In this document: one piece after another, positions 13,701-22,812 of the stretch
Position numbering within the stretch: the first letter of the stretch is position 1
Layout: the number at the start of each line of letters is the position of its first letter
Assembly (NCBI RefSeq): GCF_001945605.1
Contig: NZ_MPKA01000052.1
Span: 1-32,000, forward strand
From: Dubosiella newyorkensis
GTDB taxonomy: Bacteria; Bacillota_I; Bacilli_A; Erysipelotrichales; Erysipelotrichaceae
Direction: 5' to 3'
Length of the DNA stretch: 32,000 bases
Program-made: the position numbers and the translations under genes
The notes under the pieces: generated by a model
Database searches by the model: none
What the model saw: the letters and a program-made list of their open reading frames with translations, nothing else
Told to the model about the DNA's origin: nothing

Positions 13701-13835
13701 AATCTCATTATGAAGTGTATTGAAAAAAAATCAATCCTTTCTTTCTAACGGTCAAACGACAAGGCTTCTTTTTTTTGAAGTGCTAAAATAAACGTACAAT
13801 AAGTAGTGCCAATTCAAATAAAGGAGGTATAAACA

Positions 13836-14321
13836 ATGTCAAAAAACAAACATGAAGCAAGTGAAAAAATGGACGAATCGTTTGGAACGGCTCCAGAGAC
13901 AAATGTAAAATCAGCCCCTTCGATTTCGCCAAATAGTGAAGATGATAAGGAAAGCGCTAAAAAAGTGGACCTTACTCTCGACAATGAACAACCTAGCACG
14001 AACGACGCGCCACAACAAAAAGTGGACGATAAAGTCAATCCAGCCGTTCAATTCGAATCTTTGAGAACTTTGAGTGATGAAAAGCTTGCTCAAGCGAAAC
14101 AAGATCTCGATGATATGGAAAAAGAAGTTCATCACTATGCCGAAAACATCGAAGACGAATACGAAGAACAAGGCGGAATCAAAGGAATCGCCAAAGAAAA
14201 AGCCGACGAACTAAAAGAAAACTTTGAAAACGATCCAGTCAACACACTCTGCGACCTAGGCAAAAAAGCTCTAATGGTCATTGGTGGCTTCGCTGTTTTA
14301 AAAGCAATCTTCAAAAAGTAG
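13836..14321 (+). CDS. Hypothetical acidic protein with a C-terminal hydrophobic helix
   Basis: A strong RBS AAAGGAGG lies 7 nt upstream. The N-terminal half is D/E/K-rich and disorder-like, followed by a coiled-coil-like segment and the C-terminal KKALMVIGGFAVLKAIFKK. A terminator follows. I recognise no family. Confidence 0.6.
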   Translation: MSKNKHEASEKMDESFGTAPETNVKSAPSISPNSEDDKESAKKVDLTLDNEQPSTNDAPQQKVDDKVNPAVQFESLRTLSDEKLAQAKQDLDDMEKEVHHYAENIEDEYEEQGGIKGIAKEKADELKENFENDPVNTLCDLGKKALMVIGGFAVLKAIFKK

Positions 14322-14330
14322 TCACGATCA

Positions 14331-14360
14331 AGACCTTCCAGTCGAAGGTCTCTTTTTTTT
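14331..14360 (+). terminator. Rho-independent terminator
   Basis: AGACCTTC-cagtc-GAAGGTCT is followed by CTTTTTTTT. Confidence 0.8.
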
Positions 14361-14382
14361 CTTTATTCTCTATTTCCATCAT

Positions 14383-14428
14383 CAATAAAAAAGAAAAGAG
14401 AAGTCGATCACATGATCCAACTTCTCTT
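14383..14428 (-). terminator. Rho-independent terminator of rpoC
   Basis: The minus strand reads AAGAGAAGT-tggatcatgtgatcg-ACTTCTCTT followed by TTCTTTTTTATT, 15 nt after the rpoC stop. Confidence 0.75.
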
Positions 14429-14442
14429 ACTTCTTTTAATTA

Positions 14443-17400
14443 TTATTCTTCAGAAAGAACTTCTAGAGATTGATTGAACAAATCTTCCGACGCTTGATCT
14501 TCCTCTACGATTGAAAGAGAATCATCCATTACCGGAAGGACTTGCTTCTCCATAGAAGAACCCTTCGCGATTTCATCAAACGCGTCGTCATGAACCTCAC
14601 GCATTCTCGAAAGACGCTTGTCACGAAGCTCCTTCGCCTTCGCTGCCACGATCAAGTTCTGAGGACGATCGCCCTTCACTCCCGTGCCAGCCGGAATTAG
14701 CTTACCAATAATGACATTCTCTTTCAAACCAACAAGATGATCCACTTTGCCTTTGATCGTCGCGTCCGTCAATACCTTTGTCGTTTCCTGGAACGAAGCG
14801 GCCGACAAGAACGAATCCGTCTCGACAGAAGCTTTCGAAATACCAAGAAGAACAGGCTTGAACGTCGCCGGCGTCTTCCCTTGTAATAACGCGTCGCGGT
14901 TGATCTTCGTAATGTTGTTCAAAGAAAGCTGAACACCCACATTCAAATCCGTATCGCCACTGTCGATCACGATGACCTTCTTCATCATCTGCTTGATCAT
15001 AACTTCCAAGTGCTTGTCAGAAATCTCGATACCTTGCGATTGATATACTTTCTTGACTTCTTTCAAAATATAATCTTGAACCTCGCGGACACCCGCAACA
15101 CTCAAAAGCTCTTTCGGATCCAAAGGACCCTCCGTGATCGCTTGACCAGCCTCGATCGTGGCGCCCACCGTGATCCAAGGACGAAGCGACTGGTTCGCAT
15201 TCAATTTATGTGCCACGCTCTCGTGCTCATTCGTGATGATGACCTCTTGACGCATCGTACCATCGATACGCTCGATCGAAGTGATCTCACCCGAAATTTG
15301 CGCGATGACCGCAACACCCTTCGGATGACGCGCCTCAAACAACTCCTCGACACGAGGAAGACCTTGCGTGATATCACCCGTACCAGAACCAGCCACACCA
15401 CCTGTATGGAACGTACGCATCGTCAACTGCGTACCTGGCTCACCGATCGATTGAGCCGCCATGATACCGACAGCCTCGCCGACCTCGACATCTTTACCAG
15501 TCGCCATGTTCTTGCCATAACACTTACGACAAATACCCATGCTCGACTTGCAAGTAAATGGAGAACGAATATACATACCCGTTATTCCGGCATCCACGAT
15601 ATCTTGCGCGATCTGATCCGTAATATATTCATCGCTCGCGATGATCAACTCACCCGTCTCAGGATTTACGACATCCTGCTTCGAATAACGACCAACCAAA
15701 CGATCCTTCAACTCTTCAATGACCGTGTTCGTCTTACGATCGATCAAAGTTTCGACCCAATATCCTTTATCCGTGCCACAATCGTCCTCTTTGATGATGA
15801 CATCTTGCGCCACATCGACTAGACGACGCGTCAAGTAACCAGACTCAGCCGTCTTCAGCGCCGTATCCGTCAAACCTTTACGCACACCATGCGTAGAAAT
15901 AAAGAATTCCGACACATTCAGACCTTCACGGAAACAAGAATAAATAGGGACCTCGATGATCGAAGGAACAAACTCCCCATAACGCGACTTACCATGCCCA
16001 GGACGAGCCATCAAACCACGCATACCCGCAAGCTGCGTAAAGTTCTGCTTGTTACCACGAGCACCCGACTCCGACATCATGAAGATTGGATTCTTACGAG
16101 GCATGTTCGCCATCAATTCATCCGCGATACCATCCTTGACATTATCCCACATCTTATTCAGACGCGACTCCCATTCAGGCAACGTCAACAAACCTTTTTG
16201 CTGCATCTTCTTCAGAGCTTCCGCCTTCTTACGACCTTCATCGACGTGCATCTCCTTATTTGGAGCGACCTCGATATCCGAAAGCGCAACCGTAATTCCA
16301 GCCGTCGTCGAATACTTAAATCCCAAAGACTTGATCTGGTCAAGGGTTTCAGCCGTTTCATCCACAGAATACCGTTTGAACACTTCCGCGATGATACTAC
16401 CAAGATCTTTCTTCTTGAAAGCAGGCGTGATCGGAAGCTCTTCAATAAACTTTTTGATATTTTGACCCGGCTTGATGAAATATTTATCCGGTGTATGCTT
16501 GAAGTTTTCGCTGCTCACCTCATTCAAATACGGAAAATCCGCTGGGAACATTCCATTGAAAATGATCTTACCAACCGTCGTCGCTAAATAATCATTCGCG
16601 TGTTCATCCCCAAATGAAGTCTTTTTGAATCCTTTTACAGGCACAGCGATCCGAGAATGCAAGTGCACTTGCCCAATTTGATAAGCCAACTTGACCTCTT
16701 CCTCATTGGCATACACGTTTCCTTCGTTTTCTGCGAACTTCTTCCAGTTTGCAGCCTCCAAAGGATTGTTCGTGCTCTCATAGCGCTTCGACTCTTCCAA
16801 AAGCTCTTCCTTCGTCTCTTCCATCGTCAAATAGAAGTTTCCCATGACCATGTCCTGCCCAGGCGTAACGATAGGTTTTCCATCTTTTGGACCCAAGATA
16901 TTGTGCGAACCCAGCATCATGATCAACGCTTCCGCTCGAGCCTCTTCTCCAAGAGGAACGTGGATCGCCATCTGATCACCATCAAAATCCGCATTGAACG
17001 CTGTACATACAAGCGGATGCAAACGCATCGCTCTACCCTCGACAAGCTTAGGCAAGAACGCTTGAATACCCAATCTATGCAATGTAGGCGCACGGTTCAT
17101 CAATACAGGATAGCCTTCAATGACCTTTTCTACCACATCCCAGATCCGAGGATCTCTTCGCTCGATGAGCTTTTCCGCATTCTTAGGATTGGCCGCCAAC
17201 CCTTGATTCACGATCTCGTTGATGATGAACGGATTGAATAAGTTGATCGCCATCTCACGCGGAATACCGCACTGATACATCTTCAGATCCGGTCCGACCG
17301 CAATAACGGAACGACCCGAAAAATCGACACGCTTCCCCAACAAATTCTGACGGAAACGACCTTGCTTTCCTTTCAAAGAGTGAGAAAGCGATTTTAGCGC

Positions 17401-18333
17401 GCGTCCGCCCGCGCCCGTGATCGGCTTAGAACGACGTCCATTGTCGATCAAAGCATCCACAGCCTCCTGAAGCATACGCTTCTCGTTTTGAACGATAATA
17501 TTCGGCGTACCCAACTCCAAAAGCTTATGAAGACGATTGTTTCGAGTAATGACACGACGATACAGATCATTCAGATCGCTCGTCGCAAAACGGCCTCCAT
17601 CCAATTGAAGCATAGGACGAAGATCAGGTGGTATTACTGGAATATTCGTCAAGATCATCCATTCCGGCTTATTATCCGAATGACGGAACGCATTGATCGT
17701 ATCCAAACGCTTGATGAGCTTTTTGCGCTTTTCTCCTTGCGCTTTCTCAAGAGCCGACTGCACTTCCTCGTACTCTTTTTCAAGATCTACATCTTTGAGT
17801 AGACGAAGGACCGCTTCCGCGCCCGTTTGCGCCGTAAAGCCATTTGGACCAAATTTCGCCAAGTTTTCCCGATATTCACGCTCCGAAAGGATCTGCTTGT
17901 AAGCAAGATCCGAATCCTTCGGATCTGTGACGATATAGCTGACAAAGTATACGACTTCTTCCAGCTGTTTTGGAGTGACATCTAAAAGAAGAGCCATCCG
18001 GCTAGGAATACCGCGCAAATACCAAATATGAGCGACAGGCGCTGCCAAATGGATATGACCCATTCTTTCGCGCCGTACGCTCGATTTTGTGATCTCTACA
18101 CCACAACGATCACAAACGACACCTTTAAAACGAACTTTCTTGTACTTTCCGCAAGCACATTCCCAGTCTTTTGTCGGTCCAAAGATCCGCTCGCAGAACA
18201 AACCGTCTTTTTCCGCTTTCTGAGAACGATAGTTGATCGTTTCAGGCTTCGTCACTTCTCCATGTGACCATTTCAAAATCGTTTCAGGACTCGCAAGCTG
18301 GACCTGAATTGAGGCAAAGTTATTGATACTCAT
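14443..18333 (-). CDS. rpoC: DNA-directed RNA polymerase beta' subunit
   Basis: It has the zinc-binding CECGKYKK...CDRCGVE, the catalytic NADFDGD, and conserved trigger-loop and bridge-helix blocks. It lies directly downstream of rpoB. Confidence 0.98.
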   Translation of the reverse strand: MSINNFASIQVQLASPETILKWSHGEVTKPETINYRSQKAEKDGLFCERIFGPTKDWECACGKYKKVRFKGVVCDRCGVEITKSSVRRERMGHIHLAAPVAHIWYLRGIPSRMALLLDVTPKQLEEVVYFVSYIVTDPKDSDLAYKQILSEREYRENLAKFGPNGFTAQTGAEAVLRLLKDVDLEKEYEEVQSALEKAQGEKRKKLIKRLDTINAFRHSDNKPEWMILTNIPVIPPDLRPMLQLDGGRFATSDLNDLYRRVITRNNRLHKLLELGTPNIIVQNEKRMLQEAVDALIDNGRRSKPITGAGGRALKSLSHSLKGKQGRFRQNLLGKRVDFSGRSVIAVGPDLKMYQCGIPREMAINLFNPFIINEIVNQGLAANPKNAEKLIERRDPRIWDVVEKVIEGYPVLMNRAPTLHRLGIQAFLPKLVEGRAMRLHPLVCTAFNADFDGDQMAIHVPLGEEARAEALIMMLGSHNILGPKDGKPIVTPGQDMVMGNFYLTMEETKEELLEESKRYESTNNPLEAANWKKFAENEGNVYANEEEVKLAYQIGQVHLHSRIAVPVKGFKKTSFGDEHANDYLATTVGKIIFNGMFPADFPYLNEVSSENFKHTPDKYFIKPGQNIKKFIEELPITPAFKKKDLGSIIAEVFKRYSVDETAETLDQIKSLGFKYSTTAGITVALSDIEVAPNKEMHVDEGRKKAEALKKMQQKGLLTLPEWESRLNKMWDNVKDGIADELMANMPRKNPIFMMSESGARGNKQNFTQLAGMRGLMARPGHGKSRYGEFVPSIIEVPIYSCFREGLNVSEFFISTHGVRKGLTDTALKTAESGYLTRRLVDVAQDVIIKEDDCGTDKGYWVETLIDRKTNTVIEELKDRLVGRYSKQDVVNPETGELIIASDEYITDQIAQDIVDAGITGMYIRSPFTCKSSMGICRKCYGKNMATGKDVEVGEAVGIMAAQSIGEPGTQLTMRTFHTGGVAGSGTGDITQGLPRVEELFEARHPKGVAVIAQISGEITSIERIDGTMRQEVIITNEHESVAHKLNANQSLRPWITVGATIEAGQAITEGPLDPKELLSVAGVREVQDYILKEVKKVYQSQGIEISDKHLEVMIKQMMKKVIVIDSGDTDLNVGVQLSLNNITKINRDALLQGKTPATFKPVLLGISKASVETDSFLSAASFQETTKVLTDATIKGKVDHLVGLKENVIIGKLIPAGTGVKGDRPQNLIVAAKAKELRDKRLSRMREVHDDAFDEIAKGSSMEKQVLPVMDDSLSIVEEDQASEDLFNQSLEVLSEE

Positions 18334-18340
18334 CTAGTGT

Positions 18341-21300
18341 TTAAGCCTCCTCTTCTACTGTTTCTGTTGCATCTATTTCTTCATCGACAGGATCGTCTTG
18401 AATGATCTGACCGTCGACTATATCTTCTTCTTCAATATGATCTTCTTTCGGCTCGATATCATTTTCAAGTCGCTCGTTTGCTGGCGCCTCGAACACCTCG
18501 TGCTCATGGCTGATATGCTCATCCTCTTCATTGGTGATGTCGACCTCGTTGCCATTCTCATCAAGAAGACGCACATCGATCGCAAGCCCTTGAAGCTCAT
18601 GCATCAACACGCGGAACGATTCAGGAATCCCTGGCTCAGGAATATCCTTTCCTTTAATGATCGCTTCATACGTTTTGATACGACCCTGGATATCATCCGA
18701 CTTGATCGTCAAGATCTCCTGCAAAGTATGGCTGGCGCCATAAGCTTCCAAAGCCCAGACCTCCATCTCACCAAATCTTTGACCACCATTTTGCGCTTTA
18801 CCACCAAGAGGCTGTTGGGTAACAAGCGAATATGGTCCCGTCGCGCGCGCGTGCAGCTTATCGTCAACCATGTGCGCCAGCTTGATCATATACATGACAC
18901 CAACGCTGATCCGCTCATCGAAAGGAAGACCCGTCTGACCATCACGAAGCACTTGTTTACCATCCTTCGTCATTTTCGCTTCTTCCATGATCGCGGCCAG
19001 CTCTTCATTGGAGACACCATCGAATACTGGAGTCGCGAACTTTTGATCAAGCTTCTTCGCCGCATAACCAAGATGGATCTCTAAGATTTGTCCGATATTC
19101 ATACGCGAAGGCACGCCAAATGGATTCAAGATGATATCGATCGCCGTTCCATCCTGCATGAATGGCATATCTTCCACAGGAAGGATCTTCGAAATGACAC
19201 CTTTATTTCCGTGACGACCAGACATCTTGTCACCCTCGGAAATCTTACGCTTTTGAACGATATACACTTTGATCCGCTCATTGACTCCAGGAGGAAGGTC
19301 AGCCCCTTCTCCGCGTTTGAATTTACGGATCGAATGCACGATTCCAGCACCACCATGCGGAACCTTCAAAGAATTATCGCGGACTTCACGCGACTTCTCG
19401 CCAAAGATCGCCAACAAGAGCTTTTCTTCTGGAGAAACTTCCGATTGTCCTTTTGGCGTTACTTTACCTACGAGAATATCGCCTTCTTTTACTTCCGCGC
19501 CGACCATGATGATACCATCTTTGTCCAACTTGCGAACCGCGTTTTCTCCAACGTTAGGAATGTCGCGCGTGATCTCTTCTGGACCAAGCTTCGTATCCCG
19601 GCAGTCGATATCATATTCTTCGATATGAATCGAAGTATATACATCATCCGAAACCATGCGCTCTGACATGATGATGGCATCCTCATAGTTATATCCATAC
19701 CAAGTCATGTAAGCGATCGTCACGTTTTGACCAAGCGCGAGCTCGCCATTTTCCATACTTGGACCATCCGCCAAAATGTCTCCCACTTTGACTTCTTCGC
19801 CCAGTTTAACGATCGGTTTTTGGTTGATCGATGTCGAAGCGTTGCTTCGAGCGAACTTACGAAGCTGATATGTATGCGCTTCGCCTTCCTTATCTGTCAC
19901 GACGATCCGCAACGAATCCACATACGAGATTACCCCGTCTTGCTTCGAAACGATACCAACACCAGAATCTTTCGCGATCTTATATTCGATTCCCGTTCCA
20001 ACATATGGAGAATGTGGCGTCAACAAAGGTACCGCTTGACGCTGCATGTTGGCACCCATCAAGGCACGAGAAGCATCATCGTTTTCAAGGAAAGGGACAC
20101 ACGCCGTGGCCACAGAGACGATCTGCTTTGGAGAGACGTCCGCCAATTCGACATCTTCGCGATTCGCGATGATCGTATCGCCATTTTTACGGGCGACCAC
20201 GCGTTCATTGATCAAACGTCCATCCCGGACCTCGTTGGCCTGGGCGATGACATAATCCGCCTCTTCATCCGCAGAAAGATAGATCGCCTTTTCCTGAACC
20301 GTGCCATCTTTGTTTACGATCCGATATGGCGTTTGGATAAAGCCATACTCATTGATCTTGGCATAAGTCGTCAAGTTGGAGATCAGCCCGATGTTCGGTC
20401 CTTCTGGCGTCTCGATCGGACAAATACGGCCATAGTGCGAAGAGTGAACGTCACGCACCTCGAATCCGGCACGTTCCCTAGAAAGTCCACCAGGCCCCAA
20501 TGCCGAAATACGACGCTTATTGGTCAACTCGGCCAATGGGTTTTGCTGGTCCATGAATTGAGAAAGCTGCGAAGAAGAGAAGAACTCTTTGATCGCCGCT
20601 GTCAACGGTCGAATGTTCGTCAATTTTCTTGGCGTTAGATTATCGAGTTCTTGGATCGACATTCTTTCTTTGACGACCCGCTCCATCCGGCTAAGACCGA
20701 TCCTAAACTGGTTTTGGATCAATTCGCCCACCGAACGGATCCGACGATTGCCAAGCATATCGATATCGTCTGTTTCGCCAATTCCATCCATGACATTCAA
20801 GTCATAGCCAAAGAATGCATAAATATCGGCGATCGTAACAGTATGCCGGTTAGCGAATGGATCATTGCCGACGATCTTGACGATCTGCTCATCTTTATCG
20901 ACGACCTTGACTTCTTGACAAGCCGCGCCAATGAGCCAAACATTCACTTCTTGTTCGCCAAGCTTTTGGTGAAGAGCGAGCTGGTTCGCGTCGTCGATGC
21001 GATCTGGACTTACCCCCACTTGATAGCGAGGAACGATCAATTCCATTTCATGATCGATCACATCTTGTCCATCCGCGTTCGTGATCCGACCCATCGCGAA
21101 CAAACGCTGTCCATAGTTCATCACCGCATTGAAGTTTTCTTCGTTGAGCGTAACTGGCTTAGCGACGATACCCGCATAGATCTTGACTTTTTCCACATGC
21201 TCTTTGAGCTTGTCGACATCTTGCTGGGTCAAGACAGTGCCTTCTTCGAACAATGTTCCGAACACATCGACATCTTTGGCAAGGACACGACCTACAAGAC

Positions 21301-22525
21301 CTGCATTATAGCTTGTCGGGATCGTCACGATATCCTTTTCATGGAACTCGGAACGGAAAGGATAAGGAACCATATATCCTCCTTTCGAGAGGATCTCCTT
21401 CAATTGGTTTCTCTCGTCCCGATGGATATGAAGGCCTTGCTCCATCACCACATTGCCATCAATATCCACGATATCCGTAGCCAACGTGTTGTTCATCATT
21501 CGAGCATACGCGTTGAGTTTTTTCTGCAGCTTATAACGTCCAGCCTTCGTGAGATCATAACGGCGATGATCGAAAAACTTCGCTTGCATCAAAGTGATCG
21601 AACCATCAAGCGTTGGGATCTCGTCGCTTCTTTGGTTTTCATAAAAAGAAAGAAGCGCTTCTTCTGTCGTTTTGACTTTATCGTTCAACAACGTGTTTTC
21701 AATTTCTTCGTATTTTCCAAAGAACGCGTTATACAACATCAAATACAAGTTCATGTATTCTCTGTTTTCCTCGTCTTCCGGCACATCTTGAAGCTGCCGG
21801 CCTAAAGCGTGAAGGAATGTTTCAAGATCTTTCGTATCGAAAGCATCCTCGTTCTTTTCCAAGCCAAAAGACATTCCTAAAGCTTTGAAGAAGATCGAGA
21901 AAAGGATCTTACGGCGGCGGTCGATCGAAACATTGATCGTTCTTCCGCTCATCGTTTTCTTTTGTTCAGTCATGAACTCAAGCCAAGTACCACGGCTTGG
22001 GATCAATTCACAGTTATAGTTCTGCTTTCCTGTTTTTTCGTCATACGCTTCCGAAAAGTAAGCTCCAGGAGAACGAACGATCTGAGAAACGATAACACGC
22101 TCCGCACCATTGATGATAAAAGTACCGGTGTCTGTCATCAAAGGGAAGTCGCCTAAGTAAACTTCTTCGCTTTTTGTACGCACTTCTCCGGTATCCGGAT
22201 CCGTGATCTCTAATTCCATTTCCGCATAGAGCGGAGCTGCATAGTTGCATTCTCTATACATTGATTCTTCGGCATTGTATTTCGGCTCGTCGAAATAAAA
22301 ACGCACGAAGTTTAATTTAATATTCTTACCGTAGTTTTCAATAGGATATATTTCTTCAAATACTTCCTGGATTCCATGTTTTGTGAACCATTCGAACGAA
22401 TCTGTCTGGATCTCGACAAGATTCGGTAATTCGAGGTTTCCACTTACTTTTGAGTAGTCTCGCCTGGAGGATTTGTTTCCGCAAGAAACTGTGCGATACG
22501 CTTTGTTGCTGTCCATGAACGCCAT
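18341..22525 (-). CDS. rpoB: DNA-directed RNA polymerase beta subunit
   Basis: Conserved blocks include [15 protein letters not shown], the rifampicin-cluster region [34 protein letters not shown], and [13 protein letters not shown]. The ATG at 22516 (MDSNK...) has better spacing to GAAAGGA than the first ATG at 22525. Confidence 0.98.
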   Translation of the reverse strand: MAFMDSNKAYRTVSCGNKSSRRDYSKVSGNLELPNLVEIQTDSFEWFTKHGIQEVFEEIYPIENYGKNIKLNFVRFYFDEPKYNAEESMYRECNYAAPLYAEMELEITDPDTGEVRTKSEEVYLGDFPLMTDTGTFIINGAERVIVSQIVRSPGAYFSEAYDEKTGKQNYNCELIPSRGTWLEFMTEQKKTMSGRTINVSIDRRRKILFSIFFKALGMSFGLEKNEDAFDTKDLETFLHALGRQLQDVPEDEENREYMNLYLMLYNAFFGKYEEIENTLLNDKVKTTEEALLSFYENQRSDEIPTLDGSITLMQAKFFDHRRYDLTKAGRYKLQKKLNAYARMMNNTLATDIVDIDGNVVMEQGLHIHRDERNQLKEILSKGGYMVPYPFRSEFHEKDIVTIPTSYNAGLVGRVLAKDVDVFGTLFEEGTVLTQQDVDKLKEHVEKVKIYAGIVAKPVTLNEENFNAVMNYGQRLFAMGRITNADGQDVIDHEMELIVPRYQVGVSPDRIDDANQLALHQKLGEQEVNVWLIGAACQEVKVVDKDEQIVKIVGNDPFANRHTVTIADIYAFFGYDLNVMDGIGETDDIDMLGNRRIRSVGELIQNQFRIGLSRMERVVKERMSIQELDNLTPRKLTNIRPLTAAIKEFFSSSQLSQFMDQQNPLAELTNKRRISALGPGGLSRERAGFEVRDVHSSHYGRICPIETPEGPNIGLISNLTTYAKINEYGFIQTPYRIVNKDGTVQEKAIYLSADEEADYVIAQANEVRDGRLINERVVARKNGDTIIANREDVELADVSPKQIVSVATACVPFLENDDASRALMGANMQRQAVPLLTPHSPYVGTGIEYKIAKDSGVGIVSKQDGVISYVDSLRIVVTDKEGEAHTYQLRKFARSNASTSINQKPIVKLGEEVKVGDILADGPSMENGELALGQNVTIAYMTWYGYNYEDAIIMSERMVSDDVYTSIHIEEYDIDCRDTKLGPEEITRDIPNVGENAVRKLDKDGIIMVGAEVKEGDILVGKVTPKGQSEVSPEEKLLLAIFGEKSREVRDNSLKVPHGGAGIVHSIRKFKRGEGADLPPGVNERIKVYIVQKRKISEGDKMSGRHGNKGVISKILPVEDMPFMQDGTAIDIILNPFGVPSRMNIGQILEIHLGYAAKKLDQKFATPVFDGVSNEELAAIMEEAKMTKDGKQVLRDGQTGLPFDERISVGVMYMIKLAHMVDDKLHARATGPYSLVTQQPLGGKAQNGGQRFGEMEVWALEAYGASHTLQEILTIKSDDIQGRIKTYEAIIKGKDIPEPGIPESFRVLMHELQGLAIDVRLLDENGNEVDITNEEDEHISHEHEVFEAPANERLENDIEPKEDHIEEEDIVDGQIIQDDPVDEEIDATETVEEEA

Positions 22526-22583
22526 CCTTTCGTGTGGTCTGCCTTCCTAGTCACTAAGAATACAGACTATTTTGCAATTTATT

Positions 22584-22612
22584 ATATTATCAATGAGATT
22601 CAAGTCTGTCAA
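22584..22612 (-). promoter_or_regulatory. Sigma-70-type promoter upstream of rpoB
   Basis: On the minus strand, TTGACA (22607-22612) is followed by a 17-nt spacer and TAATAT (22584-22589), about 60 nt upstream of the rpoB start. Confidence 0.6.
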
Positions 22613-22658
22613 CTCTGATTATTGATTTTTTTGAATGAATCGAGTATACTATCTCTTT

Positions 22659-22805
22659 TTAAAATGGATTCGCGATCGCGAGCATCAACATCAAGAACGA
22701 AAGACATAAAAACAGCACAGTAAGCTTCGTGTTTTTCATCGTGATGAAGTATAAGCTGACGATCGAAAATAAAATACATAATATAAAGAACAATAGAATT
22801 ACCAT
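22659..22805 (-). CDS. Possible 48-aa hydrophobic small protein (below the ORF-track size cutoff)
   Basis: My own translation is MVILLFFILCILFSIVSLYFITMKNTKLTVLFLCLSFLMLMLAIANPF, two predicted TM helices. The ATG is 7 nt after the stop of the GTPase-NYN gene. There is no convincing Shine-Dalgarno sequence. Confidence 0.25.
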   Translation of the reverse strand: MVILLFFILCILFSIVSLYFITMKNTKLTVLFLCLSFLMLMLAIANPF

Positions 22806-22812
22806 AATGATC

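Noticed and set aside
13701-13760. Possible leaderless transcription of the HAD gene (minus-strand TTGATT-16 nt-CATAAT ending 6 nt before the ATG, with no obvious RBS).
   Set aside because: The hexamers are plausible, but such matches are frequent in AT-rich DNA. Without transcription-start data this is too speculative to list as a feature.
14747-22250. Many long plus-strand ORFs inside rpoC and rpoB (for example 15010-15822, 15889-16587, 16657-17241, 18398-19084, 19727-20638, 20651-21805), plus short minus-strand ORFs in alternative frames.
   Set aside because: They lie antisense to, or out of frame with, unmistakable and highly conserved RNA polymerase genes. Their translations are R/H/L/D/I-rich low-information strings typical of shadow ORFs. 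None has an RBS or a recognisable motif.
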